Part shown: one piece after another, positions 29,851 to 39,767 of the stretch
Layout of the letters: each line of letters starts with the position of its first letter
Position numbering within the stretch: the first letter of the stretch is position 1
Assembly (NCBI GenBank): GCA_963663405.2
Contig: CAXXSM010000118.1
Location: forward strand, 143,496 to 207,495
Length of the DNA: 64,000 nucleotides
Direction of reading: 5' to 3'
Origin: a bacterium
Lineage (GTDB): Bacteria; Hinthialibacterota; Hinthialibacteria; Hinthialibacterales; Hinthialibacteraceae
Translations under genes and position numbers: made by a program
Notes under the pieces: model-generated
Database searches by the model: none
Told to the model about the DNA's origin: nothing
What the model saw: the letters and a program-made list of their open reading frames with translations, nothing else

Positions 29851-30441
29851 TTAATTTTTTAACGAGGTAATCCCTATATCCCCCGCGCTGCGTATGCCGT
29901 TACTTGGATTGTATGTCGCGCGAGAGAGTAAATGGGGAGTGCGGTAGGCGATTCCCAATCCCGAATCCTTTGCGTCAGGACCGACGCTGACCAATGCGAA
30001 AGCGCGTAACGGCTTCCAGGGGGGGACGTGATAGCGCCTATAATCGAAATAGGTATATCCAACCACATCGGGGATATTCAGATCAAGCGCCACCGATTGT
30101 TTGATCTCGATCATGGTTTCCCGGCTGAAATCGTCTTCCAATAGAGAACAATCGTTGGGGATGTAGACCCCTAAGAGAGGCTGCAACGCGACGCAAGCGT
30201 CAAAGTCACTCCACAACGAGGGAATAGGCGTCGTCGATCCAACCGGGTAGCAACCAATGTCGGCGGCGTAGGATTCAAGCCCGTTTCGTATAACGTTAAG
30301 GTTGTTTTTCGTTGCCGCAATCCGCGACCGAATCAGCGCATTTTGAACCAGTGGAGCGGTCAATAGAGTGAGAATCGACAACACCGCCAATGTTACGGTC
30401 AGTTCGAGGAGCGTGAAAGCTTTTCGAGACCTATTTATCAT
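29851..30441 (-). CDS. Type IV pilin/T2SS pseudopilin (prepilin N-methylation motif)
   Basis: RKA-FTLLELTVTLAVL, LVSVGPD, and C-terminal YNPSNGIRSAGDI. Confidence 0.88.
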   Translation of the reverse strand: MINRSRKAFTLLELTVTLAVLSILTLLTAPLVQNALIRSRIAATKNNLNVIRNGLESYAADIGCYPVGSTTPIPSLWSDFDACVALQPLLGVYIPNDCSLLEDDFSRETMIEIKQSVALDLNIPDVVGYTYFDYRRYHVPPWKPLRAFALVSVGPDAKDSGLGIAYRTPHLLSRATYNPSNGIRSAGDIGITSLKN

Positions 30442-30588
30442 GATGATTTACGATTTAACGAGATTTTGATTCCCCAATTATAATCATATATCGCCAATTT
30501 CCCACTCATCTTTCAAATAAATGAAAAATTTCTGTAAACTGTTTACTTATTTTCAGCATTCTTTTTATCACATTCGGAATTCAAAGGA

Positions 30589-31257
30589 TTGAGCACTGAC
30601 GAGACAGCAAACAGTTATATGGCGGATACAGAAGCGCAACATATTCAACAGGATCGAATTGATTTTATCATCCTAAGGGTGCAAAACGGTGACCGGGAAG
30701 CGTTTATGGAATTGGTCGACCGTTTTAGCGGTATGGCATATTCTACGGCATACACCATTCTCCGGAACAAGGAAGACGCCGAAGACGCCGTTCAAGAAGC
30801 TTTCATTCGCGCTCATAAATACTTGCATACGCTAAGCGATCCTCGCCGCTTCGGAGGATGGCTGCGTTCAATCGTCCACCAGGAGTGTTGCAATCTCATT
30901 CGGTTTTGGAAGCGGAAAAAGAAAGGATTGGACGAGGTTCAAACTGAATTGCTGGAACGGCTGTCGTCTTTGTTCCGCAATGGGCCGTCGTCAAAGGCTT
31001 ATCGAAACGAAATCTGGGAGCGGAGCCTGTCAGTTTTAAGTCAGCGAGCGCGGGAGATTGTACTCCTATATTATATGGAAGGTTATACTTACGCTCAAAT
31101 AGGCAATCTGCTGCAACTGACGGAAGGGGCCGTAAAAAGCCATCTCCACAAGGCGCGTAACAAAATTGGACGACGATTAAGTAAATTAGGTGTCACTTCA
31201 CTGGTTGGCATGGGGTGTTTAGTTATTTCAATGTGCAATATTATAATGCCGGGTTGA
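30589..31257 (+). CDS. ECF sigma-70 factor
   Basis: GDREAFMELV, DAEDAVQEAF, FGGWL, and region 4 YTYAQIG...EGAVKSHLHKAR. Confidence 0.92.
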   Translation: MSTDETANSYMADTEAQHIQQDRIDFIILRVQNGDREAFMELVDRFSGMAYSTAYTILRNKEDAEDAVQEAFIRAHKYLHTLSDPRRFGGWLRSIVHQECCNLIRFWKRKKKGLDEVQTELLERLSSLFRNGPSSKAYRNEIWERSLSVLSQRAREIVLLYYMEGYTYAQIGNLLQLTEGAVKSHLHKARNKIGRRLSKLGVTSLVGMGCLVISMCNIIMPG

Positions 31258-31327
31258 TAGCGAACGGCAATGTTGGTGATGTCAAAAAACCATTAAACCG
31301 CCGATAGTGTGAGAGTGAGAATTGATC

Positions 31328-32179
31328 ATGCCGAAGAACGTATCTAATCAAGAAAACAATCGATCCGCCCCTGAGACCGATGATTTTATGCGGATAATCG
31401 CCGATTCAGTTCGACCGGACAAACAAGCGATTCGCAAAGGCGTCGAACGGCGTTTGCGAGACAGGATGTTGCGGAATAATGTCTTATTTAAAACCAACGC
31501 GCCGTCATCCTCGTTTGCCTACCGGCGATGGGCCTCCGTTTGTATTGTATTTCTTGCGTTTCTATTGGCAGTTTATTGGTTGTTTGATTTGACCACCGCC
31601 AAAAACGGCCACTATATCATTTTACCCGCCGGGCAAGTCCAACTGAGAGACGCGGGAAAAACGCTTACTAAAGTCAGTTCTATCGATGCGGAGGGAGAAA
31701 CCATTAAAACTTTGAACGGCGGAGGAGCGTCACTCTACCAAGTGAATGGATACTGTGTCCGAATCGCGCCGCTATCATCCCTGCGCGTAACCGATGAAGA
31801 TTGCGTTGAATTAAAGAACGGATCTTTGTTCGCTGAAGTGAAAAAACGCTCCGATACAGCAAAATCGTTTTCCGTCAACGCGGGGGATATTAAGGTTTAT
31901 GTCTTGGGAACAGAATTCTCGGTCGAGAAAAATAACGGACGCATTGAAGTCGCCGTTCGAAAGGGGCGTGTACGAGTGGTTGCGGTGGAGAATAATAAAG
32001 AATTGATACTGAATGCGGGTGAAAGCGTCGCATTTCACCAGGGAAAGATCGATGAACCAAGCAAAATCGCTTTGGAACGTATCGCCCCCTGGCGACAAAC
32101 GTTAATCCTAGCAGAGAAAAATAATCCACTTCTACGTGATTTAATGGAAAAATACTTCAAAAGTCGAACTTTGAAATAA
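31328..32179 (+). CDS. FecR-domain anti-sigma factor
   Basis: Single TM, then VELKNGSLFAEV, FSVNAGDIKVYVLGTEFSV, VRKGRV, LNAGE. Adjacent to the ECF sigma. Confidence 0.85.
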   Translation: MPKNVSNQENNRSAPETDDFMRIIADSVRPDKQAIRKGVERRLRDRMLRNNVLFKTNAPSSSFAYRRWASVCIVFLAFLLAVYWLFDLTTAKNGHYIILPAGQVQLRDAGKTLTKVSSIDAEGETIKTLNGGGASLYQVNGYCVRIAPLSSLRVTDEDCVELKNGSLFAEVKKRSDTAKSFSVNAGDIKVYVLGTEFSVEKNNGRIEVAVRKGRVRVVAVENNKELILNAGESVAFHQGKIDEPSKIALERIAPWRQTLILAEKNNPLLRDLMEKYFKSRTLK

Positions 32180-32403
32180 TTTTTTAATCTATGGAAACAC
32201 GAGCGCTAAATAAGAAATGTTATTATTTATTGATTCACATGTATAAGGATGGCAAAACTCTGATCACTCGCTGGCCCGAAGAGATCGTATGATTTTTGCG
32301 TATTAAGGAGGAATCTAACCGGCTTGGTAGGAGTAATCCTCTCCTGCTTATCAAAATGATATGACTTTGTGAGCGCCCGTTCAAACTACTTGAGGTTGAA
32401 TCA

Positions 32404-34083
32404 ATGGATCTTTTATTCTCCCTTTTCTTGATGATCGGCGCTTCTCAACCTTCCATTGACGAGGCAGCCGCTCCATCCACTCCATCATCGGCGTATGATT
32501 ACAGTTCAGAAATCCTATATCAAACCTACGGATTTCTCAGTGGAATAACTACAGACAGATTGGGGATCGTTGTTTGCAACCACCAAGGGAACCAAGTGAT
32601 TCGGTTGACTTGGCAGGGAGAAGTTGAAACGATCGCCGATACTCCCGGTTCGCCTGTTGATGTAGAGTATGTTGATGGCGAATATTGGATTCTACTCAAT
32701 GATCCGCCGGTGCTGATGGCGTGGAATCCCATTTCCCAGGAGCGAAGGATTCTTTTTATTGATTTTGAAAGAGAATCCAACCTTACCGCTTTTGCGGTCG
32801 CCTCGCGGGATATTGTATACGCCGCCGATTTCGGTGGAACCATCTATCGGATTGACCTGGTTGCGCAAACGAACACGATCGCTTATGACGGTCTCGATAA
32901 TCCCGCTGACATCGCCATCCTTTCAGAAGGAGAGATCGCCGTCACAGAGCAAGTGGGATCCGACGCCCAAAACGGCCGGATTCGTTTTTTCCTCCCAAAC
33001 GGACAAGATAAGATGCGGGAACTTATCTCCTACGAACTTATCGATCCAACTGGTTTGGCCGCCGGCCCGGATGGCAGCGTATACGTTTCAGTTTTTTTTA
33101 ATAACAGCGTAGACAGCAATGATCCAGATCAAATACCCGTTGACAATCCAGATTCGCCTGCAATTCCAGATTTAGATACAGATGAATATTATGGAAGAAC
33201 GATTGGCGGGATTTATCGTTTTTCCTCCTGGACTTCGCAACCGCAAATCGTCGCCCGCGGATTACGCGGTCCAACCAGTTTGGCAATAACTCCTGAAGGA
33301 ACGATTGTTGTGATTGAGGAACCGAGTAACTCTATCCTTTCGGTCAGTGTGGATGGAACGCTCGATACACTCTTCCGCGGGACATGGAAGCCCCTGGCGA
33401 TGAAAATATTCGTCGACGGTGTAACCGCATATCTAACAACCAACGAACAGAACGTTTACCTAGAGTTTGCCGTGGGTGAATCGAGAGCCAATGTTTGGAC
33501 GTTCACCCATTCGGATGTATCTGTTCCACAAATCGAACTGGGCGGCGACGGCCTGTTGTACGTGTACGATCCCCAATTTTCGGAAATCCTTCTTTTTCAA
33601 TCAAATGGGAGATTAACGCAATCCTATACCATCTTTTTGGGGGATGGAGAGGTTCCCTATTTAATGACCGATCCCACGGGGGGAATTGCGCTGTTTGCTT
33701 GGATATCCGGCGTTCTACACGTTCAAAAGGTCAATCGAGATTCAATGGGCGATGTCGTTGAGTATGATGACGACTTTTCTTCGTTGATTTATCTTGACGA
33801 AGAAGGAACAATACAAGACGCTAAGAGAAAAAATTCCCTTGGTGACGATGTGCTTTCCCATTCAACCATCGCTGTCGATGCGAATGGTGATATATGGTAT
33901 ATAGACGACAGCGGCGACGTCTATCGGGTCAGCGGCAATCAGACAGAGCGTATCGCCGAAAATCTAGGAAGCGTTCGAGGTGTTTCACCGGATGGAGACG
34001 ACGGATTGAACGTTACCTTGGAGAATGGCCGCGTCATTCATCTATATCCATCCACACCGGTTTCCCGTTGGTGTCTCTTTTAA
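32404..34083 (+). CDS. Secreted NHL/SMP-30-like beta-propeller protein with C-terminal STPVSRWCLF motif
   Basis: Repeats GLDNPADIAI, LIDPTGLAAGPDGSVYVS, GLRGPTSLAITPEGTIVV. Hydrophobic N-terminus. Confidence 0.78.
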   Translation: MDLLFSLFLMIGASQPSIDEAAAPSTPSSAYDYSSEILYQTYGFLSGITTDRLGIVVCNHQGNQVIRLTWQGEVETIADTPGSPVDVEYVDGEYWILLNDPPVLMAWNPISQERRILFIDFERESNLTAFAVASRDIVYAADFGGTIYRIDLVAQTNTIAYDGLDNPADIAILSEGEIAVTEQVGSDAQNGRIRFFLPNGQDKMRELISYELIDPTGLAAGPDGSVYVSVFFNNSVDSNDPDQIPVDNPDSPAIPDLDTDEYYGRTIGGIYRFSSWTSQPQIVARGLRGPTSLAITPEGTIVVIEEPSNSILSVSVDGTLDTLFRGTWKPLAMKIFVDGVTAYLTTNEQNVYLEFAVGESRANVWTFTHSDVSVPQIELGGDGLLYVYDPQFSEILLFQSNGRLTQSYTIFLGDGEVPYLMTDPTGGIALFAWISGVLHVQKVNRDSMGDVVEYDDDFSSLIYLDEEGTIQDAKRKNSLGDDVLSHSTIAVDANGDIWYIDDSGDVYRVSGNQTERIAENLGSVRGVSPDGDDGLNVTLENGRVIHLYPSTPVSRWCLF

Positions 34084-34287
34084 ATTCGCACCGAACGAAA
34101 AAAAGTAAACATTTTGTCCCCTTTTTCCATTCTTTACAGTGATTCGTTGAATGCGGCCGCGGATTAACGAAACAATTTAAAATAACAATTTGTCGTTATG
34201 ACACATGTTCTGATCCTTGTATTATCATCCGATTGAACTCAGAGCGATGTAAATCCATAACGATACTCTCTTGAAAGGAGAGAACTG

Positions 34288-34956
34288 ATGAAGAAATTAC
34301 AAACACTTGCCGTACTCGCTTTGTTGGTCTTTTGCGCAATCTCGTATTCTCACGCTCAGATCACGGTGATTGGAACGGATTCCGCAATCGAACCGGCCCC
34401 GGTAGAGAAAGACGAACCGATTCGAAGTGAAGAGATTGAAATATCAGAGGAGTGCTGGAATCCAGAAGCGTATTTCGCCGAGCTGCGGATCTTGACGTTG
34501 GATCAGTACGCGGATCGAATCGCCGAGAATCTGCTGACCATGCTGGAATCCAGTGGCAGCAAATTACTTGATTCGGTGGAGGAATACGAACTTCCAACAG
34601 TGGATGATATCAAGGCGAATTTCTACGCTCAGGCCGCATCATTCGAGATCGAAGGCGCTGGACCTGACACTGTGTTGGGTGAATTCTGCGATCAGATCGC
34701 TCAGACCTTGGCAGCCAAAATCGCCTCCTTGAATGGCGCCGAACGCCGCCTTCTTGGTATTTACTTTAATGAATCCAATGAAGATATGGTTAAGAACCTT
34801 TCCCAAAATGTCATTTGGACGTTGGAATCGATGACCGTACAGAAATTCTACGATGAGTTCTATTCTATTCTGCATCAGTACATCCGAGATCCCTTCATCA
34901 ACAATGGCGACGAGCCCCTCAATGCGGATGGAAGTCTTATCAGAGACGACAAATAA
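34288..34956 (+). CDS. Secreted acidic helical hypothetical protein
   Basis: AAGGAG RBS and a Sec signal peptide MKKLQTLAVLALLVFCAISYSHA-Q. Confidence 0.75.
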   Translation: MKKLQTLAVLALLVFCAISYSHAQITVIGTDSAIEPAPVEKDEPIRSEEIEISEECWNPEAYFAELRILTLDQYADRIAENLLTMLESSGSKLLDSVEEYELPTVDDIKANFYAQAASFEIEGAGPDTVLGEFCDQIAQTLAAKIASLNGAERRLLGIYFNESNEDMVKNLSQNVIWTLESMTVQKFYDEFYSILHQYIRDPFINNGDEPLNADGSLIRDDK

Positions 34957-34986
34957 TCAGTACTACTTTTTTCTGCTTCACCGAAG

Positions 34987-35017
34987 CGGGCGCCGGGAAA
35001 CCGGCGCTCGTCTTTTT
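34987..35017 (+). terminator. Intrinsic terminator
   Basis: CGGGCGCCGG-GAAA-CCGGCGCTCG followed by TCTTTTT. Confidence 0.85.
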
Positions 35018-35278
35018 CATTCCAAACTGTCATATACATGTGATTTTGTTTCTCTCACCGGCTCTTCATTCAACACTTTTACGATCCATGATTTACCTGG
35101 ACTCGATCATATCCGCCAAAATGCGTTTGCCAATTAAGCCGCTGCTAAAAAAGGTTATTTCTTTGATGATAGGTGGACGGAAAGAGATAATATTATATAG
35201 ACGCCGCAAAGAAAACGCGTCTAAAATCGACAGCCGATAAATTCTTTAATCAGGGAATTTTATGCTGTATTGCCTTTA

Positions 35279-35812
35279 TCATGTAGAAGGAGTGTCTGCG
35301 ATGGGGAAGACGGTCCAGGAGCCGTCTTTCTTAAGGACGCATAGTTTTGTTGATGAGATTTTTAATACTGTATCCCTGTAGGAGAATTCAACCTGTCCTG
35401 TGATGAGGAATCCGTCTTGCATGGTTTCTTGATCGGTATGTTGAAGCGCGAGTTCTTTGGCGGATTTGATGGTGTACCCATAAACCGCTGGAATCGCGCG
35501 TTCGGACATGTCGATGGGTTCATCTTTAAAATCCAATGGATCGAGATCGACGTAAACCGGCGCAATATGTATCGCATACATATTACTATCGATCTGTCCG
35601 GGATCGTCCGCTTTGGATAATTCACTGATCGCCCGCTCGATGGCTCCTTCCGCGAGCCAATTCGCTTGTTTCAGCGTTAACACCCGGTGGGTTTGACTGG
35701 CGAGAAACAAGGTGCGGGCGGTGTAAGCGATCATCAGCGTCCCCGCTACGAATGTAAAGATCAATATCGCCGGGAGACTGACCATCCCTTTTTGTTTCGA
35801 TCGTTCGTTCAT
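35279..35812 (-). CDS. PilX/GspK-like minor pseudopilin
   Basis: KQKG-MVSLPAILIF with no Glu5 (GspK-type), and QANWLAEGAIERA. Last gene of the cluster, with an ATGA overlap. Confidence 0.75.
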   Translation of the reverse strand: MNERSKQKGMVSLPAILIFTFVAGTLMIAYTARTLFLASQTHRVLTLKQANWLAEGAIERAISELSKADDPGQIDSNMYAIHIAPVYVDLDPLDFKDEPIDMSERAIPAVYGYTIKSAKELALQHTDQETMQDGFLITGQVEFSYRDTVLKISSTKLCVLKKDGSWTVFPIADTPST

Positions 35813-36303
35813 GGATGTAACTGACTCCCTTTCACAAACGTAATCAAGCGTTTTGGTCTCACGTCCAACGGGCGGCCTTTCGCTTCTTCAAACCATTCCA
35901 TGCGGATGGCGCCATCGGATGTCTTTTCCAACAGGAATTGCGCGTTCCCCAAGTTCGCGATTTTCATGGAAAGATCGTTCTTTCCTTCTTCATTCTGGTT
36001 CCGGATTAATTCTCCGTTTTCAAGAGTATAGGTTATTTTTTTTACGGCGCCGTCCGCCGAAAGTTGAGTAAGGAGTAATAACGCGCTCTCGGATTGACTT
36101 ACTTGAAATGAGTGGTTGATATCTTTTTCAATCCGGCTGAGCACCGTCTGCGCTTTGATGGAGAACATAACGTTATCGGTCGAAACCTTCGCCATTCTTT
36201 CAACTCGAAGCCACATTACACCCACAACTCCCGCCATTACATTCAACATAAGAACCACGATCATCAATTCGATCATTGTAAAAGCGCGTAAGTTTTTTTT
36301 CAT
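35809..36303 (-). CDS. PilW/GspJ-like minor pseudopilin
   Basis: LRA-FTMIELMIVV, RIEKDI, ITYTLENGELIR. Confidence 0.82.
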   Translation of the reverse strand: MKKNLRAFTMIELMIVVLMLNVMAGVVGVMWLRVERMAKVSTDNVMFSIKAQTVLSRIEKDINHSFQVSQSESALLLLTQLSADGAVKKITYTLENGELIRNQNEEGKNDLSMKIANLGNAQFLLEKTSDGAIRMEWFEEAKGRPLDVRPKRLITFVKGSQLHP

Positions 36304-37310
36304 TGACTATCCTCCTTGCAATGGCGAAAGCCAACTAAACGGTAGCAACGGTTGAATTCAGAGCCTACTCCTGCATCATGTTCAAGAAGGATGGTAATTT
36401 TCAAGAGATTAGAATCTTCGGTTTTCATTACGTAATACTTGCCGGAAACCGGGACGTGTAGTTTGAATTCAGTCAGTGGAATCGGTAATTCATATGATTT
36501 ATTCGAGGGAGCGAACACGGTATCCGCCGCCATGATAAAATGCATCTGGGAATCTAGAATCTCCCCCATTTGCACGCGGAGAGCGAGTTCTTTTTGACAG
36601 CGGATACAATAACTCCAGCTGTGAACCATTCCATAACTTAAAATCCCCAAAACAGCGACTGCGATCAAGATTTCAATCAGGGTAAAACCATCATTAGAGA
36701 AGGAATCGGATGGATCCGAAACTCTACCTGAGAAGGGGAATAGATACCGGCGGATTTCAAGATTGCGTGGGAAATACGCGCAAGACGCAATGAAACAACC
36801 AAGAAAAATATATGTTAATGGATTGGTCATAATCCCTTGAATGCCTGAACCATTGCCTATTAAAACGGATAAACAGATTATAAATAAAATCAATCCACCA
36901 ATACTGCAAATAACTACTCCAATCATCAAACCTGGAAGCCGATTGAAACACCAGAAGAGAATGAGACCGACGGAGATGCCCGCCATGAAATTGCGGCAGA
37001 AGGCGCCGAACGGTAAATCGGAACTGCCTAAAACCGCTAAGAGTCCTATTAGGACCACAAAAAACAGGCAATAGGAGACGAGAAAGCGAATCGTTCTCTC
37101 TTTTCTCAAGAACGCGCAGAACCACAGCATTAAAGCGATTAGTATTGGCAGAGCGGTCATTAAGTTCTCAAAACTCTGGGAGTACGAAGCGCTGGTTGTG
37201 GAAAAGGAGAGACTAAACCAAGCGAAAAGAATGGCTATACCGAAAAAAACCATCAGCAAGACTCTCAGTACACTCATTGGAGTCAGACTTGATTCCTTTT
37301 CCCTTCTCAT
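36300..37310 (-). CDS. Fusion of a 6-TM membrane domain and a PilV/GspI-like pseudopilin (internal G-FTLIE at aa 208-213)
   Basis: Six hydrophobic segments in aa 14-180, then NDG-FTLIEILIAVAVLGIL and a ~110-aa pilin head. Confidence 0.75.
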   Translation of the reverse strand: MRREKESSLTPMSVLRVLLMVFFGIAILFAWFSLSFSTTSASYSQSFENLMTALPILIALMLWFCAFLRKERTIRFLVSYCLFFVVLIGLLAVLGSSDLPFGAFCRNFMAGISVGLILFWCFNRLPGLMIGVVICSIGGLILFIICLSVLIGNGSGIQGIMTNPLTYIFLGCFIASCAYFPRNLEIRRYLFPFSGRVSDPSDSFSNDGFTLIEILIAVAVLGILSYGMVHSWSYCIRCQKELALRVQMGEILDSQMHFIMAADTVFAPSNKSYELPIPLTEFKLHVPVSGKYYVMKTEDSNLLKITILLEHDAGVGSEFNRCYRLVGFRHCKEDSQ

Positions 37311-37340
37311 GGTTTTTCCTTTTCTTCTTGCCCTGTACTT

Positions 37341-38405
37341 TTAAAAACGAACGGCTGAAAAAATATTGAAATAATTGAATAAAGGCAAATACAGAGCGAC
37401 CATCGTGAATCCTCCCAATACCACTACGGCGAAAATGAGAAAAGGTTCGAGGATTTCTCGCACGATTGTGGTTAACGAATCCAGTTGCCGGCGATGGTAT
37501 GACGCCATGTTTTGCAGGGTTTTGCCCAATGTTTCCGTATTCCCAGAACCGGCGGATTCGGCGATCATCCATAACGTTGTATGGGGGATAATTAGATTGT
37601 GATCGCCGCCCGAATAGGATTCACCCGCAGCGATGGCTGTATCGAGTTCCTCCATTGCGATGCGGAGCATGGGGCTGGAGACGGACTCCTTCGCCAATTG
37701 GATCGCCTCTTGTCCAGAATTGCCGGCTTCCATTAAGACACCAATCATCTCGCACACCTCGGCCGATTTAGCGTGCCGTTGAAGAAGCCCTAAAAAGGGA
37801 ATAAAGGGGACATACAGTAAGATCCGGTCAACGAATCGAGCGGAGGCCGAACGGCCTTCTACATCCGTTCCGACCCATCCAATCAGAATCCAAGCGAAGT
37901 AAAAGAGAAGCCCATCACCGACGATTAAGATCGCCGGTCCTATCCCCATATATAATTGAGTCATCTCTGGTAATTGCGATCCATACATATTGATGAATTT
38001 AGGAATCACCATATAGCCGAAGAGGATCATTTCCAGCAGTAGGATCGTCCAGATGAGGAAGGGATAAATCAGACATTTCTGTAATTTATGCTGGACCTCA
38101 CGGGCGGACTGTAAATAGCCGCTGACGGAGACAAGCATGCGTGAAAGCGCTCCACCTTCCTCCCCCGCGCGAACCATTTTCCGCAGCATCCTAGGGAAGT
38201 ACTTTGGATAATTATCCAAGGCGTCGGAGAGAGAAGAGCCCAGTTGCACCAATTCCGAGACATTGGCCTGCGCCTTCTTCCATCCCTTGTCAATCGCTTC
38301 GCGGCTCATGTTATGGATCGTCTTATCCATAGGCAGTTTCAACGCGAGCGCCGAAGAGAGCTGTTCGACAAATAAGATCAGATTATCCCATTTATATTTA
38401 GCCAT
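37341..38405 (-). CDS. PilC/GspF-family inner-membrane platform protein
   Basis: GSSLSDAL..YPKYFP, AGEEGGAL, LIYP, ILEPFLI, ALYLPLF. Confidence 0.9.
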   Translation of the reverse strand: MAKYKWDNLILFVEQLSSALALKLPMDKTIHNMSREAIDKGWKKAQANVSELVQLGSSLSDALDNYPKYFPRMLRKMVRAGEEGGALSRMLVSVSGYLQSAREVQHKLQKCLIYPFLIWTILLLEMILFGYMVIPKFINMYGSQLPEMTQLYMGIGPAILIVGDGLLFYFAWILIGWVGTDVEGRSASARFVDRILLYVPFIPFLGLLQRHAKSAEVCEMIGVLMEAGNSGQEAIQLAKESVSSPMLRIAMEELDTAIAAGESYSGGDHNLIIPHTTLWMIAESAGSGNTETLGKTLQNMASYHRRQLDSLTTIVREILEPFLIFAVVVLGGFTMVALYLPLFNYFNIFSAVRF

Positions 38406-38414
38406 ATTGTTACC

Positions 38415-39017
38415 TCATGGTCCGAAAAACGTGATGGCTCCTTCCGATGAAGTGCCATTACTTGGATTGTATGTCACCAGCGTATTGAGATTAGATGGAT
38501 CGAACTTGTTTATATAAGAGGGGCCCATTCCGTATACGAGGTAATTGGCGCTTCCCCCCGCGCGTCCAAACTTTGATAATGGCACACGCGCGCCTTCGCT
38601 TTGAATAAAATTAATATAAAAGTACCCTTTATTGTTATCGCGTTCGTTTTTTATGAACTCCCACTTATCGAAATCTCCCGGCGCGAGGAATACATCATCC
38701 GGTAATTCAGAAACATAGGGGATAGGACATGTGATCGGATTTAAATCGCCTATGGACATCTTTCCACTTTCTTGATTCAGTGGATAATCGTCCATATCCA
38801 CGCAGTACATTTCCAACGCCCAAACGAGCATGCACTGTTCGGCTTCAGATCGGGCGACTTTCGCGCGAATGGAGGCGTTCAAAAAATTGGGAACCGCGAT
38901 TGCGCATAAAAGAGAAATAATAGTGATGACGGCCATCAATTCAATCAGCGTAAAACCAGGGGACATGCGTCTTATGATCATGGCAAAACTCCAGTAATTT
39001 ACAGAATCCCTCTTCAA
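38415..39017 (-). CDS. Major pseudopilin GspG/PilA-like
   Basis: PG-FTLIELMAVITIISLLCAIAVPNFLNASIRAKVAR, and C-terminal YNPSNGTSSEGAI. Exact start uncertain. Confidence 0.9.
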   Translation of the reverse strand: MKRDSVNYWSFAMIIRRMSPGFTLIELMAVITIISLLCAIAVPNFLNASIRAKVARSEAEQCMLVWALEMYCVDMDDYPLNQESGKMSIGDLNPITCPIPYVSELPDDVFLAPGDFDKWEFIKNERDNNKGYFYINFIQSEGARVPLSKFGRAGGSANYLVYGMGPSYINKFDPSNLNTLVTYNPSNGTSSEGAITFFGP

Positions 39018-39266
39018 GATTGAGTAAACCGTTCAATGCGCTTTTAATTCATAACGGCTGATCCGTTACAATTTCTTAGTTTTCCTATGACGATTCTTTA
39101 GGGAGGTCTGCAGAAATACCCCGATCCAGGAGTATATCCAATATATTTTTTCAATCTCTTTAATTGATAAAATCATAAATGGGGATAAATAAAGGACATT
39201 CATTCTCCGCCCAAAGCAGGCAGGCCATAATTATTGAACAAATCCAATAAAAAAACAGCCGTTCTC

Positions 39267-39767
39267 TTATCGATCGGCGCACTTGGTATTTTTCTTGGGG
39301 GTTGGTTCCAAGAGAATTCCTTCCTCCCGGTAAATTTGAAGGGTTTCATCGTTGTAGATATTGGATAAAACCGATTCTTCAACCGGCTTTTTAACCTTTT
39401 TCGATTGAACGGAATGCTGCAATTGCTCAAAACCCGTGACAAGCCCCCCCGTGACAAGCGCAAATACGCAGGCGGCGCCAGCGACCCAGCCAGCCAACCG
39501 GCTAAAGGTCTTACGCGGACTTTCTTCTTCTTCTAGAATAATTTCCCGTTTCACGGTCGCGAGCAGTTCGGGAGGCGCGTCAAAAATCCCCTCGGACGCT
39601 CCCAGGCCATCCAACCGGGTCAAAAGATCCTTCCATCGCGCCTCTTCCGCCCGGCAGAACTCACATTCCAACAGATGGCGGATGAATAGATTGAGCTCGC
39701 GCTCATCTAATTCGCGATAGAGGTACTCTGACCAACGGTTTTGAACGTCCTTGCAAGTAAATTTCAT
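39267..39767 (-). CDS. zf-HC2 anti-sigma factor
   Basis: FTCKDV...YLYREL...HLLECEFC and a single TM. ATGA overlap with the sigma gene. Confidence 0.88.
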   Translation of the reverse strand: MKFTCKDVQNRWSEYLYRELDERELNLFIRHLLECEFCRAEEARWKDLLTRLDGLGASEGIFDAPPELLATVKREIILEEEESPRKTFSRLAGWVAGAACVFALVTGGLVTGFEQLQHSVQSKKVKKPVEESVLSNIYNDETLQIYREEGILLEPTPKKNTKCADR

